Assembly (NCBI GenBank): GCA_964016885.1
Contig: OZ024742.1
Span: 73,098,001 to 73,162,000, forward strand
From: Eledone cirrhosa
Lineage: Eukaryota
Reading direction: 5' to 3'
Length of the DNA stretch: 64,000 bases
Of this stretch, positions 1-14,413 are shown one piece after another (positions within the stretch are counted from its first letter, which is position 1; each line of letters starts with the position of its first letter). The notes under the pieces were generated by a model that worked only from the letters and a program-made list of their open reading frames with translations, ran no database searches and was not told the DNA's origin. The translations under genes were made by a program, and so were the position numbers.

Positions 1-551
1 AACCAAGGATATAAACCTTTTCCAGTCACAGGAAGCTAGAAAATAGATAGATGGAAAAAGTTTTGGGAGCTACTCCCACTGTTGACCACAAAAGGTTTCT
101 CTCTATGTACAAAAGGATGACTGTATGACATGGGCTGTGACTGCAGAAGACATACACAGACTGGAGATAAATGAAGCAACCATGCTCTGTTGGATGTGCA
201 ATGTAAATGTGAGAGAAAGGCAGAGCTTGGATGAGTTGAGGGAGAAGCTGGGTTTAAGAGGAATCCGCCGAGATGGAGTGCAGGAAAGAAGACTGTGTTG
301 GTATGGACATGTGATACGCATGAACAATGATTGCTGAGTGAAGAAATGCCAGGAAATGGCAGTCGAAGGAAGTCGCAGTAGTGGCAGACCAAGAAAGACT
401 TGAGCAAAGGGTTGTGAGAGCTGACCTCAAATCACTGAGACTCACAGAGGAGATTACAAAGGAACGCAACAAGTGGACAGATGCCATGCTGAAAAGGACC
501 TGTCCAACCCATGCAAGCGTGGAAAAATGGCTGTAAAAACGATGATGATTA
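1..551 (+). mobile_element. Degenerate RTE-clade LINE 3' fragment (RT C-terminus plus tail)
   Basis: ORF 125-337 reads TWAVTAEDIHRLEINEATMLCWMCNVNVRERQS...RRLCWYGHV, homologous to the RTE ORFs at 39122 and 58318; ends in CCCATGCAAGCGTGGAAAA...(GAT)n tail. Confidence 0.85.
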
Positions 552-619
552 TGTATTTGTAAACATACACATATGCGTATACATCAGACATTTCCTCCAG
601 TAATCTCTCTCTAATACAT

Positions 620-624
620 ACGCC

Positions 625-662
<38 letters not shown>

Positions 663-1057
663 AATAGAAAGACAGGCAGAGAATAGAAAGGAAGAAATAA
701 AGTGATCTCACTGGAGTGGAGTGAGAACTGATGCATGTATAACTTACTGACTACAATCACACACTCTCTCACTCACACTCTCTCTCTCACACACACACAT
801 ACACTCTCTCACTAACTCGCGCTCTCTCTCACACACTCTCTCTCTCTAACTCACTTACTCTCTCTCTCTCTCTCACTAACTCTCTCTCTCTCTCTCTTAC
901 ACACACACACACTATCTCTCTCACTCTCACACACACTCTCTCACTAACTCACTCTCTCTCTCTCACACACACACTCTCTCTCACTAACTCTCTCTCTCCC
1001 TTACACACACACACACTATCTCTCTCACTCTCACACACACTCTCTCTCACTAACTCA

Positions 1058-1089
<32 letters not shown>

Positions 1090-1181
1090 CTCACTAACTC
1101 TCTCTCTCTCTTACACACACACACACTATCTCTCTCACTCTCACACACACTCTCTCTCACTAACTCACTCTCTCTCACTAA

Positions 1182-1212
<31 letters not shown>

Positions 1213-1395
1213 TATCTCTCTCACTCTCACACACACTCTCTCTCACTAACTCTCTCTCTCTCACACGCACACTCTCTCTCACTAACTCGCTCTCTCTCAC
1301 ACACACACTCTCTCTCTAACTCACTCTCTCTCTCTCACACACTCTCTCACTAACTCAATTGCTCTCTCTCTCACACACACACACACTCTCTCTCC
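620..1395. repeat. Compound (TC)n/(AC)n microsatellite with higher-order reiteration
   Basis: Recurrent 'ctctctcactaactc...ttacacacacacacactatctctctc' blocks. Confidence 0.9.
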
Positions 1396-1477
1396 AGTCA
1401 GCATTGAACAACATGAAGATCTGTGATAGTGGAAGGAGGGAGGGTACTAAGGCTATCTTTGAGATGACTAACTTCTC

Positions 1478-1860
1478 TCACAGTGTAAACACATTAGATA
1501 AAGCAGCACACACACATACACTGTGTGTAAATATATTAGATAAGGCTGCACACACATATACACACACACACAGTATAAATACATTAGATAAAACTGCATA
1601 CGCACACACACACAATGTAAACACATTAAATATAGCTGCACACACACACACACACATATGCACACACACACTCACACAGTGTAAACACATTAAATATAGC
1701 TGCACACACACACACACACAGTGTAAACACATTAAATATAGCTGCACACACACACACACTCACAGTGTAAACACATTAAATATAGCTGCACACACACACA
1801 CACACACAGTGTAAACACATTAGATATAGCTACACACACGCACACACACACACACAAACA
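1478..1860. repeat. ~40-50 bp minisatellite (cacagtgtaaacacattaaatatagctg + (CA)n)
   Basis: About 8 visible units with variable CA length. Confidence 0.9.
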
Positions 1861-2159
1861 CACACAGCTTCAGTCATGTGGAACCTGTGGGATTTATTCA
1901 TGATATAGTCACTGCATCACGCATCACACAACATATACCACATATATACACATATATATATTATATACATCCATATATTAGACTTATACACATATATTAT
2001 ACACACACATTATTATACAGACCATTGCATGGCATGTACCACGTACACACACAGCATATATAACATATACACAATATACACATAGACAACTGTTACACCC
2101 TACACATACCACACACAGCATAGATCATATACATACTACATAAACCTTAGTAAATATAA

Positions 2160-2470
2160 TTGTTTCTACTTCTGGCACAAGGCAGCAATTACCCAGTGTA
2201 TTACTGGTACTTTATTTTATCGATCCTGTAAGGATGAAAGGCAAAGTTAATCTCGACGGGATTTGAACTCAGACCATAAAGGGCTGTAACTCTTTGCTGC
2301 AACTAATTTAGGCACGAGCCAGCAATTTTGGGAGGGTAAAGTAGATTATATCAAACCCACTACTTGACTGGGTGAAAGATTTAGTTGACATTGCTGGGAT
2401 TTGAACTCAAAACATAAAGAGTCAGAACAAATATGACTAAGCATATCCAACGCTCTCACGACACCATCAA
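2160..2470 (-). mobile_element. SINE family A, two tandem partial copies (Meta-domain-like core)
   Basis: ggcacaaggc...ctggtactttattttatcgatcc..aaggatgaaaggcaaag...ggatttgaactcaga (reverse complement contains a B-box-like gagttcaaatcc); many copies in the window. Confidence 0.75.
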
Positions 2471-2957
2471 TTCAATATAATACACAGCAGAGAGCCCTAC
2501 ATGGTCTATCATCCTACTAGACATAGCAGCCAAATTCGTTCAGTGCACATTACTTTGTGGGCAATATAGTTTCTGATACAGGGAAGGATTAAGACTTTTA
2601 CAAACCCTAAGTGTTGAAAAGGATTATGTTACCCCTATATACTGTATATGAAAAAAAAAACTTTCCTATACTGTATTGGATAAAATTCACTTTAAGACCC
2701 CTTCTTTACGTGAGGCCCTAAGCATGTGCTGTATAGGGTATAGTTCCTGGTGGTGTTGGTGATGGTGTCAGTTGTAGTAGTGGTGGTGGTGGTCGTTGTG
2801 GTGGTAGTAGTAACATCACTTATATCATGTATCATGAAAATAGTGGTGGTGGTTATGGTGGTGGTGGTGGTGTGTTGTGGTGGTGGTGGTGGTGGTGGTG
2901 GTGGTGGTGGTGGTGGTGGTGGTGGCATTAGCGATGGTGGTGGCAGTGGTGATTATG

Positions 2958-3260
2958 GTAGAGACACATGACCCAGTGGTTAGGGCGTTTGGCTCATAAT
3001 CGTAAGATCATGAATTTGATTCCCGGCAGTCCAGTGTATTGTTGAGTAAAGTACTTCATTTAACATCAGTCTGGTCCATTTAGTTGGCAAAAATTCAAGA
3101 GGCCAGCTTTATCATACACTGTGTCATGCTGAACTTTACTGAGAACTATGTTAAGGCTACACGTGTCTGTGGAATGCTCAGTCATTTGCAAGTTATTTCA
3201 TAAGCAGGCTATTCCATTGTTCAAACAATTGGTACACTTGTTGTTGAAACTGACGGAGTG
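2958..3260 (+). mobile_element. Degenerate tRNA-derived SINE
   Basis: tRNA-like head (gacacatgacccagtggttagg...gaatttgattcccggc); 3' part resembles 19130-19260. Confidence 0.55.
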
Positions 3261-3689
3261 CCAACATATTCACAAATATTTACAGTATGTTGTTGATGCA
3301 AGTTAATTTCAAGAGCCGGCTGTTCTGTTGTTCGAACTGGTGCACCCATTACTGAAACTGATGGAAGTGGAACAACAATAACAATGAGACCTCTATTAGT
3401 ACTGTAGTACTTAGTAACAGTATATGTTGTAGTATGTAGTGTCATTATGGGAGATAACTGCTGTTTTAGAAATATATTTTGTAGTGTGTAGTCGCACACT
3501 TTCACTCAGTATGAGAGAAATTGCATTTTAACATCGTTTTTCCACAAATTCATAGGTTGAACAAATACTTTTCTGTTCAGAATGGTGCGTTATTGTTGTA
3601 AGAACCACAAGAGTGAAGCATATGACATAGCTATGGCTGGAGATCCTGGGGGCAGTGGGTGGCTTAAAAATACAATGTTGGGGGACAAG

Positions 3690-4135
3690 ACCCTTACCTA
3701 TGGTCAAGAATCTTGGGTAATGACCAAAAGAATATGATTGCAAATACAAGCAACCGAAATGGGGTTCTTCCGAGGGGTTTTTGGAGTAACGTTACTCGAT
3801 AGAGTGTGTAGCTCGGAAATAAGAGTCACTCCAGGTAGGGCTGCTATTTTTCCAAATTGAGAGACCCCAGCACCGATACAATGGGCGTGTGGATAGAATG
3901 TCTCAGGAAAGAATCGCTGGACAGATTTTATAGGCAAAATCAACCAGCAGGAAACCCAGGGGTAGACCCAAGCAAGATGGTTGGGTAACATCCATGAGCT
4001 TGGCTGGTCTTGCTTGGGGATCCAGCCAGATCAGTTTGAGCCGGTTGCTTCTGACAGGATCCACTGGAAGGAGTGTTTGAGGACTCTGCCCCCATGACCC
4101 TCTCAGGAATAAGTAGGTGAGAAAGAAGAAGAAAG
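3690..4135 (+). mobile_element. RTE LINE family B 3' fragment
   Basis: Homologous to the 3' ends at 20017-20420 and 52405-52840 (gtaacgttactcgatagagtgtgtagctcgga...gagcttggctggtct). Confidence 0.8.
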
Positions 4136-4221
4136 AAGGGGACAAAAGGGTCGGCTAGGAATCAGTTCCAACAACAGTTCACAGTATCTTCAGTCTCCAG
4201 TATAATATCAATCTGGTCATT

Positions 4222-4692
4222 AGCACCACAACCACCACCACCACCACCACCATCATCACCTACCACCACCAACACCACTACTATCACCTACCACCATGCC
4301 ATCATCACCACTACCACCATCATAACCCACCACCACAACTACCATCACTATCAATACCACCACCACCATCATCACTACTATCACCACCATCACTACTACT
4401 ACAACCACCAACACCATCACCATCATCATCACTACAACCACCACCATCATTGCCATCACCACTACCACTGTCACCACCACCACCACTGCCACCACTACAA
4501 TCATCACCCCATTACTACCATTGTCCCCACTACCAGCATTATCACTCGCCACCACCACTACCACCGCAACCACTCCACCACCACCACTACCATCATCGCC
4601 ATCACTAATATCATCTTCATCATCACCGCCCCCACAACCACTAACATCACCACTACCACCATCATCCCCACTGGTATCATCATCATCATCAT
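4222..4692. repeat. Degenerate (ACC/ATC)n trinucleotide tract
   Basis: Direct reading. Confidence 0.9.
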
Positions 4693-5419
4693 AGTAATTG
4701 TCGTTGTGATAGTGCTTTGCCCCAATCCAAGCTATCTAGATGTTAATATAGAACATATCTGGGCACCAGTCATTGCTAGTGGTGTCAAAAACTGTGCCAT
4801 AAAATAGTGTTGGGTGTGTGATATACAGTTACATTGACTAGACATACATCTAGCTTCCTCCTTCTCTATCAACATTGATAATGGTTGAAAACTACAGCAA
4901 CAAGTTTCATGAAGAATTGGTTAAGAGATTTAGTGGAAGGAGGATGAGAGATTGGTATTTTGAAATGTGGAATGTAGACAAATGTTAAGAGGGACATGAA
5001 AGTTAGTTAGCCCTGGTAAGCTGAGAAAAATGTAGGTTAAATGTTATGTCTGATGTGAAAAGAGTGGAGTAGAGTTCCCTTGACATTGAAACAATGTAAC
5101 CACTAGACCTAATGAAAGTTGGAGAAACACCAGTCATTTCAACAAGTGAAGGAGAGCTAGAGTGGAGTCCAACAACCTCCTAAAGTCACCATATTTTAAT
5201 GATGTCACCTGCTGTTTTTTCGTCATCCTCTTACCAGCAACCAGCATATAACTTCATAATTCTATCTTCTTCACTACACTAATGACCATACACATCTGTC
5301 TACCTTAGTAAGAACCCACTAATATCCTCATTATTGATCATATTACCTTCAAACAAGATGCCCCTCTTCCTAGCCACTCTACCCTGTCTGTTCCCACTGT
5401 TGATCATGCAGATTTTGGA

Positions 5420-6060
5420 AAAAGATAACCTCACTAGTGTTGGTGCCACTATAAAAGCCATTTGATACACTCTGTAAAGAGCCTGCCGTTAAAACAGTAA
5501 CAATACAGAATAGAGAAGAATTCAGCCATGTCAATGACGTGACAACCTTTCAAGTGCTGGTGCCACAATAAAATGCACCCAATTCACTCTGCAAAATGGT
5601 TGGCATTAGGAAAAAAACATCCAGTTGTAGAAATCATGGCAAAAGAGTAGATAGAGCTCTTCAGTTGCGTCAAGAAAAAGATAACCTCTCTAGTACATCT
5701 GACATGATAAATTGCACCCAGTTCACCCTGCAAAGTAGTTTGTGTTGAAAAAAGCATCCAGTTGTAGAATTCAATGAAAAAAAAATAAAAGTAAAGCAGC
5801 GAGGATTTTTCAGCTGCACCAAAGACAAAACAACATCTCTAGTGTTGGTGACACAATAAAACATACCCAGCACACTCTACAAAGTGGTTAGCATTAAGAA
5901 TGACATCAAGTCATAGAAACTACACCAACCGGAATGTAGTTGGCTAACATGGGATCATCTGATTTATCTAAGAGGACAGTAGTTCTGATTAAGTATCAAC
6001 CCATGCCAGCATAAAAAAATGGACATAAAATGGTGGTGGTGATGATGGTGATGATGATGA
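5420..6060 (+). repeat. Tandem degenerate copies (~120-150 bp) of an RTE/SINE 3'-UTR module
   Basis: Four copies of aacct..tagtgttggtgccac..aaa..caccca..cactctgcaaagtggttggcattaggaa..catccagttgtagaa, ending in cccatgccagcat...(GAT)n. Confidence 0.6.
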
Positions 6061-6166
6061 TGGTATAAAATCCATGCCAGCATAGAAAGTAAACACAATA
6101 TGATGATGATGGTGATGATGGTGTGTGTGTGTGGGGGGGGTGCATGTGTGTGTGTGCATGCGCGTG

Positions 6167-6214
<48 letters not shown>

Positions 6215-6998
6215 CGCATGCATGTGTGTGTGTGTGTGAATGTGCGTGCATGTGTGTGTGTGTGCATATATGTATGCATATCATGCTTCTGATACTGTGT
6301 GGACTACAATCCCTGTTAAAAGGTCTCTGGTATGAACGGTTTTTTCTGACATCATTTTAATTTTGATTTAAATTTTAATCAAGTGTATTTTGTGTGGTGT
6401 GTCTTGGCTAGTTTCGTCTTGTATTTTGTTGTTGGGTAGGGTTGTGTCAGGAAACATTTATATATATTTGCATGTGTATGTGCACAAATGCTTGTATATA
6501 AGTAGATATAGAAATGTATGTGTTTGTGTGAGTATGTATATGTGTATGTATGTGTGTGTGTCACAGTTACTGCAAATGTCATATCAACTGTATATTATAA
6601 AGCCTGTGGTGATTTATGTCAGCTGTAAACAATATGTAAAATAGTATTATCAGTTCTATAAAGATTAGCAACCTATACCACACTAGTGGTGGTGGCAATG
6701 ACAAGTATCATGATGATGATGGTGACAGTGGTATTGGTAGTGAGTACATAATAAGGTATGGGTTGGTGTCAGGAAGAGCATCCAGCCATAGAAAATCTCT
6801 CAAAAAAGATCTCATCCAAACCATGTAAGCATGGAAAGATGGACATAAAAACAATGATGATGATGATGATGATAAACACGTGTGTGTAAACATGCATATA
6901 TATATATCTATGTAAAAGGTAAACAGAAATAACAACACAATCGGTACAGTATATAGAAGGAATATATTAGTATAACGCTTGAAATAGCAGGAAGAGGG

Positions 6999-7034
6999 TC
7001 TTAACGTTTTGGAAACTAGTCCTTCATCAGAAGA
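6999..7034 (-). ncRNA. Degenerate minimal hammerhead ribozyme motif
   Basis: Minus strand reads tctt CTGATGA aggactagtttcc AAAAC GTTA aga; GAAA appears as AAAA (CpG-type change). Confidence 0.45.
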
Positions 7035-7714
7035 AAGAATGAGAAATTAGAAAGATTGAAGGGACGGGTGGGGTGGAATTGGAAAAATTGTTTTTAGAGA
7101 AAAATAACAGGTCCATTCTACCATGTTAAGTGGTTATGCTGGTGCCACAATATAAAGCTTGTGGTACATACTGTGAAAATGGTTGGTGTTAGGAAGTACA
7201 CCAAGCCATAGAAACCATGCTGGACAGAATGGAATATGAGTGTCACACGGTGATCTAATCTGTCTAACCTCAGACTGTGATAACCTGTCTAACCCATGCA
7301 AGCATAGAAAATAGACATGAAACAGTAATGATGATAATGAATGTATGTGCGGGCATATAAACATGTGTCTGTGTATGAGAGTACATATATACATATTTAT
7401 ATACAAACCTAACACATTGTATTTAATAAAAACACATTTTTAAAGAAAAAGCTACATAATTATATTTACTGTCCAAGCATTATTTTTATCAACTAATCAT
7501 AAGAGTTGGAATTTTTTCAAACTGTTCTTTATCAATTATATAAATAGAATCTGCTAAGGTACAGATATTTTGATTTTACCAAAGTTATACATGAAACTCT
7601 AGAGTATGAGTAAATACTAAAGTATTTTCTGCATCTTTAAAAATCCCGATCATCACTCCACATAAGTTATCAAGCACTCATTTTCTCTCATTTGTAAATG
7701 CAAGGGTTGAGCAT

Positions 7715-7870
7715 GTAGCAGTGGAGACTTCTGCCGTTCTTGGCACCCGGACCACATCCCTGCTCACGGCTATCGGAGTGGAATTGGCTGCTCGCAGGTG
7801 CGAGCCCCACGAGGTGGAGTGGCTGTTCCAGTGCATCTCCCTTGCCATCATCCATGACATGTCTTCTCCA
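7715..7870 (+). mobile_element. CRE-like non-LTR retrotransposon, REL-endonuclease C-terminal fragment
   Basis: Plus-frame reading VETSAVLGTRTTSLLTAIGVELAARRCEPHEVEWLFQCISLAII matches the C-terminus of the fragment at 35824. Confidence 0.7.
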
Positions 7871-9139
7871 TCCTGTTGGCTGGAACCAGAAGGTAGATGA
7901 CATAGGGTAGGAGTAGGGTGACAGTCTTCAGACGAAAGAGTTAATAACGCTGACACATACATTTAGACATTTCATGTACATAAATATCTATGGAAAACAG
8001 ACAAAAAATGTTGATAATAATAATAATTGTGATCATTTTTTCATTCTTTTACACTTTTACTAGTTTCAGTCATTCAGCTGAGGCTATGCAGCAGCAATGA
8101 ATTCAAGGCATTTTTAGTCAATCATACTGACCCCAGTATTTACTTTTTCAAGGACTTTTTACAAAGTTACAGAGCAGAAACAGACAGTAAACATAAACAC
8201 ACATATATATATAAAGAGAGATAGATATGTGTGTATGTGTGTGTGTAATCATCATCGTTTTCACATCCACTTGACCATGTTAGCATTGGTTAGATAACAT
8301 TTTCTGAAGCAGTCTTTTATCTACAATCAAATGCCCATTCCTAACACCAAAACATTTTATTATCAATCATGGCATATATCACTAATGGTATACAGCATAC
8401 TTGAATCCCCAACTGTTAACACAGGCACAAATAAACAGTTGGTGAGTCCAGAATTAAATGTGATTTAATAAGAGACATGCTGTTGAAATTAACCATTTAT
8501 GAACACACAAATTCTCTTTTTAATTATTTCTTGAAGTGTTAAATCTATCTTTGCACATCTGCGACTTGGTCACTGACACAATTCAACTTAATTTGCAGTG
8601 TAACTGTGTCATTGACCAGGTAGCAGATGTGCCTTGAAAAATTGTACACCTCAAGAATTAAACAGAACATAAATATAACAGAGTTAGTGACTCACTCCAT
8701 TTTTACTCAGAGCCTCACAAACATAAATTACATGTGATCAATCAGACAATATCAGATGTTCCTATTGAGCAATAACTAAGGCCAATTTTTATTGGTTAAA
8801 GTGGATCACATGTTTGAACATTTTGCAAGCCAGTAAGAAATATGATTGGACTCCTATGATGAGGACACAATAAGATTTGAAATGCATAAGAATAATCTCA
8901 GGATTTTTTTTTGGGGGGGGGGGGGGGGGGTACAGAGGATTAGTTGAAAGTGTTTGCACTAAATCCCTTTCACAGCAAAGGCTTCTAATTCAAAAACAGT
9001 AAACCTTAAGTTTACTTTAAAATCTTCAAATATATATTGTGTTCTTGCATAAATATTTAATAGTTATCTAATTACATCAAACGTATGAAAATTTGACTGC
9101 GTATTTTAGGTATTTCCTATCTTCTGTATTTCATATATA

Positions 9140-9362
9140 GCAAATATTCTTCTGTACATGGAATTATAGGGGTAGTTATTCTTTGATAAAGAGCTCAATA
9201 ATTTTCCATATATGAAATCATGGGTTAGTGATTCTCTGATAAAGACCTCAACATTCTTCCATGCATGGGATCTTAGGGGTATTTATTTTCTGATAAACAC
9301 CTCAATAATATTCTCTGCATGGAATCATGGAGGTAGTTATTCTCAATAGACCTCAATAATGT
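9140..9362. repeat. ~57-bp degenerate tandem repeat, about 4 units
   Basis: aatattcttc..tgcatggaatcatgggggtagttattctctgataaagacctcaat repeated. Confidence 0.8.
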
Positions 9363-9757
9363 TTGAAATTGTTAACTCTTCATTCTTTTCACAGCTGAGG
9401 TTACAATTCAGAAACAGTAATTATATCTACCTTAAGTTTATCTTAAATATGTATGTGTGTGTCATGTCAAAAAGCATCAAGCCAACACTGTAAAGTGGTT
9501 GTGTTGGTGACACAACAAAAAGTGCACAGCCCACACTGAAAAGTGGTTGTGTAGGTGTCATGACAAAAAGCACTCAGTACACACTATAAATGTGGTTTGC
9601 ATTAGGAAGGACATCCAACCATAGAAACCAAGCCAAAATCAGTTCTGTGTGAGAAAAACATGGTCCTCTGACCTGGCTTGTCTCACAATGGGACAGCTCA
9701 TGTATCCTATGCTAGCATGGAAAATGGACATTAAATGATGATGATGATGATGATGAT

Positions 9758-9793
<36 letters not shown>

Positions 9794-10668
9794 CATGCAC
9801 ACACAACAAGATACTTTCCTTGATTTTCTCAACTATTATTTATAATGATTGACTACTATTATGGTCATTTATGTTGGGACATACACATTTCATGATTGTA
9901 TGTATGCAACCAAGATTGTTGATTGCCCTACACGTAATTAAAAAGACCTAGAAAATCAAAGCCAACCTCAAACCGAAGCCAGACATATACCATATGCCTA
10001 TGCTTGACCATAGATACCTTCTATCATACCACTGAAATACTCATGTGCTTCAAATTAAAGTTGATTGTATTTATAGTTGCACATACATATATAGGAGGCA
10101 GCGAATTGGCAGAGTCGTTAAAATATCAAATAGAGTGATTTGTGGTATTCGTTCTGGCTCTCTGAGTTTAAATCACGCCTAAGTCAACTTTGCCTTTCAA
10201 CCTTTCAAGAACGCTAAAAAAAAAAATACCAATCTAGTACTGGACTCAATTCTCTCTCTCTCTCTCATCCCTCCCTCTCTCTCTCAAATAAATTAGCTTT
10301 GTGCAGACCTGAAAAGGGGGTGGGCTCTGCCAGGTTTAAAGTGCTGAAGACATGTTGTATGTCATGACAGCACCCTTATGATTCTATCAGTAGTTCCATG
10401 TCCAGACACACATATATATATACAATGGTGCTTGTGTAAGCACACATTGAAACTCATTCTGAGATTGGTTAAAAACATTTTTTTTACCTGTGGCAGAGGC
10501 CGATATGTTTGGTTTCAACTTTTATTAATAACTTGTTGCTGGTCACAAAGAAAACAATCATATAGCTATTCATAATATATCTAAACATACTCAGACAGAT
10601 CTATAAAATAGCTCTAAGCTACTATTCTATCTCTGACCAGAAATGAGTAACTGATTTCTAATGAGGCT

Positions 10669-10997
10669 TTAACCCTTTAGCATTCACATTACTCTGAGTT
10701 TAAATCCTGCCGAGGTTAACTTTGCCTTTCATCCATACGGTGTCGATAAAATAAAGTACCAGTAATGTACTGAGTAATTGCTGGCCTTGTGCCAAAAGTA
10801 GAAACAATTACTCTATATATACTATTATATTTTCATGGTAAATGCTTAACCTCACATAATTATCTCACATATCAAATCTATGAAATTTTGAAAGTATTTA
10901 TTTTGAGAACAATACCTTAACATCAGTTTGAGTGACCAGTTACAGCCAGTTTCAACAGAAAAAGGTAGAGAATTCTGGCCGGTTTTGGCCTGGTTAA
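10669..10997. mobile_element. piggyBac-type MITE carrying an internal SINE A fragment
   Basis: Begins TTAA-CCCTTTAGCATT as at 11301 and 31896; SINE piece 10696-10806 is flanked by direct repeat ATTACTCT (10688, 10807). Confidence 0.65.
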
Positions 10998-11300
10998 GAA
11001 AAGTTGAAACTGGTCAAATTGATCTCCTTTTCTGACCACTGAGGAAAACTCTGTGGTTTAAAGCCAACATCTACTTCTGCACAATAAGGTTAAATGTGTG
11101 TCTACTTTAGATTTTCTATTCAGTTAAATTGTGTGTAGTGTATCTATTAATTAATTAATCCGTATTGCCAACACTTGCAATGTTATACAACAAACTGATT
11201 TAATTCTGTTTAGTTGAATGAGGAAAGCAATGAACCATTGACTGGTCCCTTAGAAACCTATAACTGACAACAATATTGTTCACCAATTGTCTTATAAATA

Positions 11301-11522
11301 TTAACCCTTTAGCATTTACATTACTCTATATATTTACTATTGTATTTTCATGGTAAAAGCTTTATCTCACATAATCTTGATTCTACCAAGATTTTTATGT
11401 TATTGATTATTTTGATATTTTATCGCCGTTATGAGCAGTTGATTAGGGCCAGTTTGAACAGAAAAGGAGGGGGGGGGGGTATTTGGGCCAGATATTGCTA
11501 GTTTCAATGCTAAAGGGATTAA
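11301..11522. mobile_element. piggyBac-type MITE
   Basis: TTAA-CCCTTTAGCATT ... AATGCTAAAGGG(A)-TTAA terminal inverted repeats. Confidence 0.75.
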
Positions 11523-11538
11523 AAAAAACACAAAGCTA

Positions 11539-11575
<37 letters not shown>

Positions 11576-12839
11576 TAGGGTTATGTTCCACTTTGCTTAG
11601 ATTTACTACTATTTTTATATACTTAAGTGTATGTAAGTAGGGACCCGTAACTCCTGATAGAGTCGTGGAGGCACCATAGTGACATACCAAATTACCCTCA
11701 CAAGATATTGATAAGCCTGAAGCTATAGCAGAAAATGCTTGCCTAAGATTCCATGAAATTGGATTGAAGCTATAACCCCATAGCCATGCTTGTGCTTAAC
11801 TAACATCTAAAAGTGCCTCTGTATGTCGCTGTTTTGGAGGGGGTTCTTAGTATGTTGCTGTTTTGGAGGAGGTGTGATGTTAGGTTCTCTGGAGATTGAT
11901 AATCTCATGAAAAGAATGACAGCAATAGGTTTATGATTTTTCCCCTTTACATTAGATGATACAGTTTCAGAAGGAACAGGACGTTATGGGCTCACCAGTG
12001 CTGGTGATCTACACAATAAACACACCCAGTACACACTGTAAAGTGGTTAATGATAGAATGGGCTTCCAGCCATAGAAAATCAACCAAACAAAGGACCAGG
12101 AAGACTCTTCAGCTGTGTCAAAGACATGATTCTTCAGTTCTGGTGCTACAATATGACAAACCTGGTGCAGTCAGTAGAGAGTGGGAACAAAGGTAAGCGA
12201 GATGCAGGCCTTAAGTGCATCTGAGACAGTCAATCGCTTTGATTAAGTACTGGCTTAGTCAAGACGATTCGTCCAGCCCTTGCTAAATGATAATGATATA
12301 TATTATCATCATCTAATGTCTGTCTTTCAATGCTGGCATGAGTTGGATCAGTCATCTGAGACCGTGTCAGAACTTAACAGGAGTTACTATTCTTCCAGAC
12401 ACACCGTTGGCATATGCCTTACCTACATACGTTCAGGGTTTTGGCAGGGTTTCTATAGCTGCATGCTTGCATCACCACCTGTTTTAGTCGATTCTTATGA
12501 CATGCAGGAATACAGTTTACTTCTCATAATACTCATGAGTGTGTATATGTGTGTATAAATATACAGAGAGAGAAAGAGAATTTTTTGTACAATCTATCAA
12601 AGTGGTGGATAATTTGAAATTCTTTAGAAAATGTAGGTGGTATTCTCTAAACTTTATACCAATTGACTGTTTTTAGTTATTTTCTGTGTTCTAAAGAGAG
12701 AGAGGGGGGAGAGAAAGAGGGACAGAGAGAGTGAGAGAGAGGGAGGGAGCGTGTGTGTGTGTCTGTGTGTGTGTGTATTAGGAGCACGATTCGTATTAGA
12801 GGAGTATATGAAATCATATACAATATGTTTATGTATAAT

Positions 12840-13020
12840 GGTTTCTGATTTAGGCACAAGGCTAACACATTTGAGGTGGAGAAAGTAGATTAAATCAACC
12901 TCAGTGTATTACTGGTGCCTTATTTTATCGACCCTGCAAAGATGAAAGGTAAAGCTAATCTAGGTAGGATTTGAACTCAGAACGTAAAGCATGCTGTCCT
13001 ATGCTTTACCGATACTGCAT
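12840..13020 (-). mobile_element. SINE family A copy
   Basis: Same core as 2160 and 32405. Confidence 0.75.
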
Positions 13021-13040
13021 CCTTATATGTTTATGTAAAA

Positions 13041-13390
13041 TAAACATACATAAGTCTCACTGTAAGTATTTGAAAATGTGATCATGTCACCGCTATCTGA
13101 GTAGCTGCGTGAGAATGCTAAATAAACTGATAGCTTATGTTGGTGTGACTGCTAATTAATAGTAGCCCGTCAAGCCAGCACTATATGCAAATGAGCATCC
13201 CCATTAATGTATTATTTGCAAAAATCTATATAAGCTAAGCTATCAGTTTATTTTGCCTCTGTACTGAGTAAACATCACTGAAGATAGATAAAACCCTGAA
13301 ATACTAGTATCCTAGCATTCTCTCATGTCTACGGAAGTAGCCATGACATGATCCCAGTTTTAAATATTCTCAGCGAGGCTTATATGTTTA
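13041..13390. repeat. Old degenerate inverted repeat with a hammerhead-like core
   Basis: Arms 13041-13120 / 13313-13390 plus inner pair 13120-13137 / 13236-13253; CTGAAGA..GAAA-tactagta-TC at 13278-13311. Confidence 0.55.
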
Positions 13391-13576
13391 CTCTACATAA
13401 ACATATTGTAGAAGCTTCTATAATAGCTTCGAATATATCTCTTCCTTTTTCTCACTTGCTCTCTTTCTCTCTCTCTCTCTCTCTGCTCCATGTTGTGCCT
13501 ATCTTTATAGGACTTATATCCATTTTTTATTTTTTATTAATATTTTGTATATCCTTGTCTCTTCTTCTGTATGCTC

Positions 13577-13620
<44 letters not shown>

Positions 13621-14375
13621 TCCTATCATGTCTGTCTATATAGGACTTACGTCCATACAAACAATTTTTGCTCTCACTTTACCTTCTGTGTATTCTTTCC
13701 TCTTCCTAGTTAATATATCAGACTTTGTTTCTATCTCTCCTTCCCACTTGCAGCACATTGGGTTGCAGCAAATTTTATTTATTTGTAAATAGTCGAAAGA
13801 CCAATCATCTTGTCTATTTGTTACTGTCCCATGTACACTGGAGTTAGTGGTATTGACATTAAAGCACTGAAACCATTAGGACCTCCAGCAGTCAGCTGAC
13901 GAGAAGGGACTCTCTTGTGTTTCATTCGTTTTTCCGTTGTCTTCACCCACCTTTTTTTTTTATTTCTTTTGATCTTAATTACGCAAGACAGTTTTTCAAA
14001 CTGATATATATTATTAAGCAGTGATATATATATATCATTTCATTTCATTTTTACGTCCGCTTTTCCCTGCTTGCAAGGGTAGGACGGGAACTGATATATA
14101 TATATATATATATCTGTCCCACCCTTGCAAGCAGGGAAAAGCAGACGTAAAATGATGACGATGATGATATATATATATATATATCGATGGAAACCGCGGA
14201 GTGGGGAGACCCAAGAAGACCTGGGATGAGGTGATAAAGGCCGACCTTACCCAATTGCACCTCTCAAGGGCAATGACACACAACCGTGACCTCTGGCGTC
14301 ACACAGTAATACAGAAGACCCTAGCACAACTGATACATAAGCACAGCTGATACATAAATGTAAGTATGCACGCGT

Positions 14376-14413
<38 letters not shown>

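Noticed and set aside
7678-7962. Minus-strand ORFs as a host exon
   Set aside because: The plus frame matches the CRE-like REL C-terminus
13890-13925. CTGACGA here, at 15780, and CTGATGA at ~55400 (minus) as hammerheads
   Set aside because: No properly placed GAAA/NUH or closing stem I
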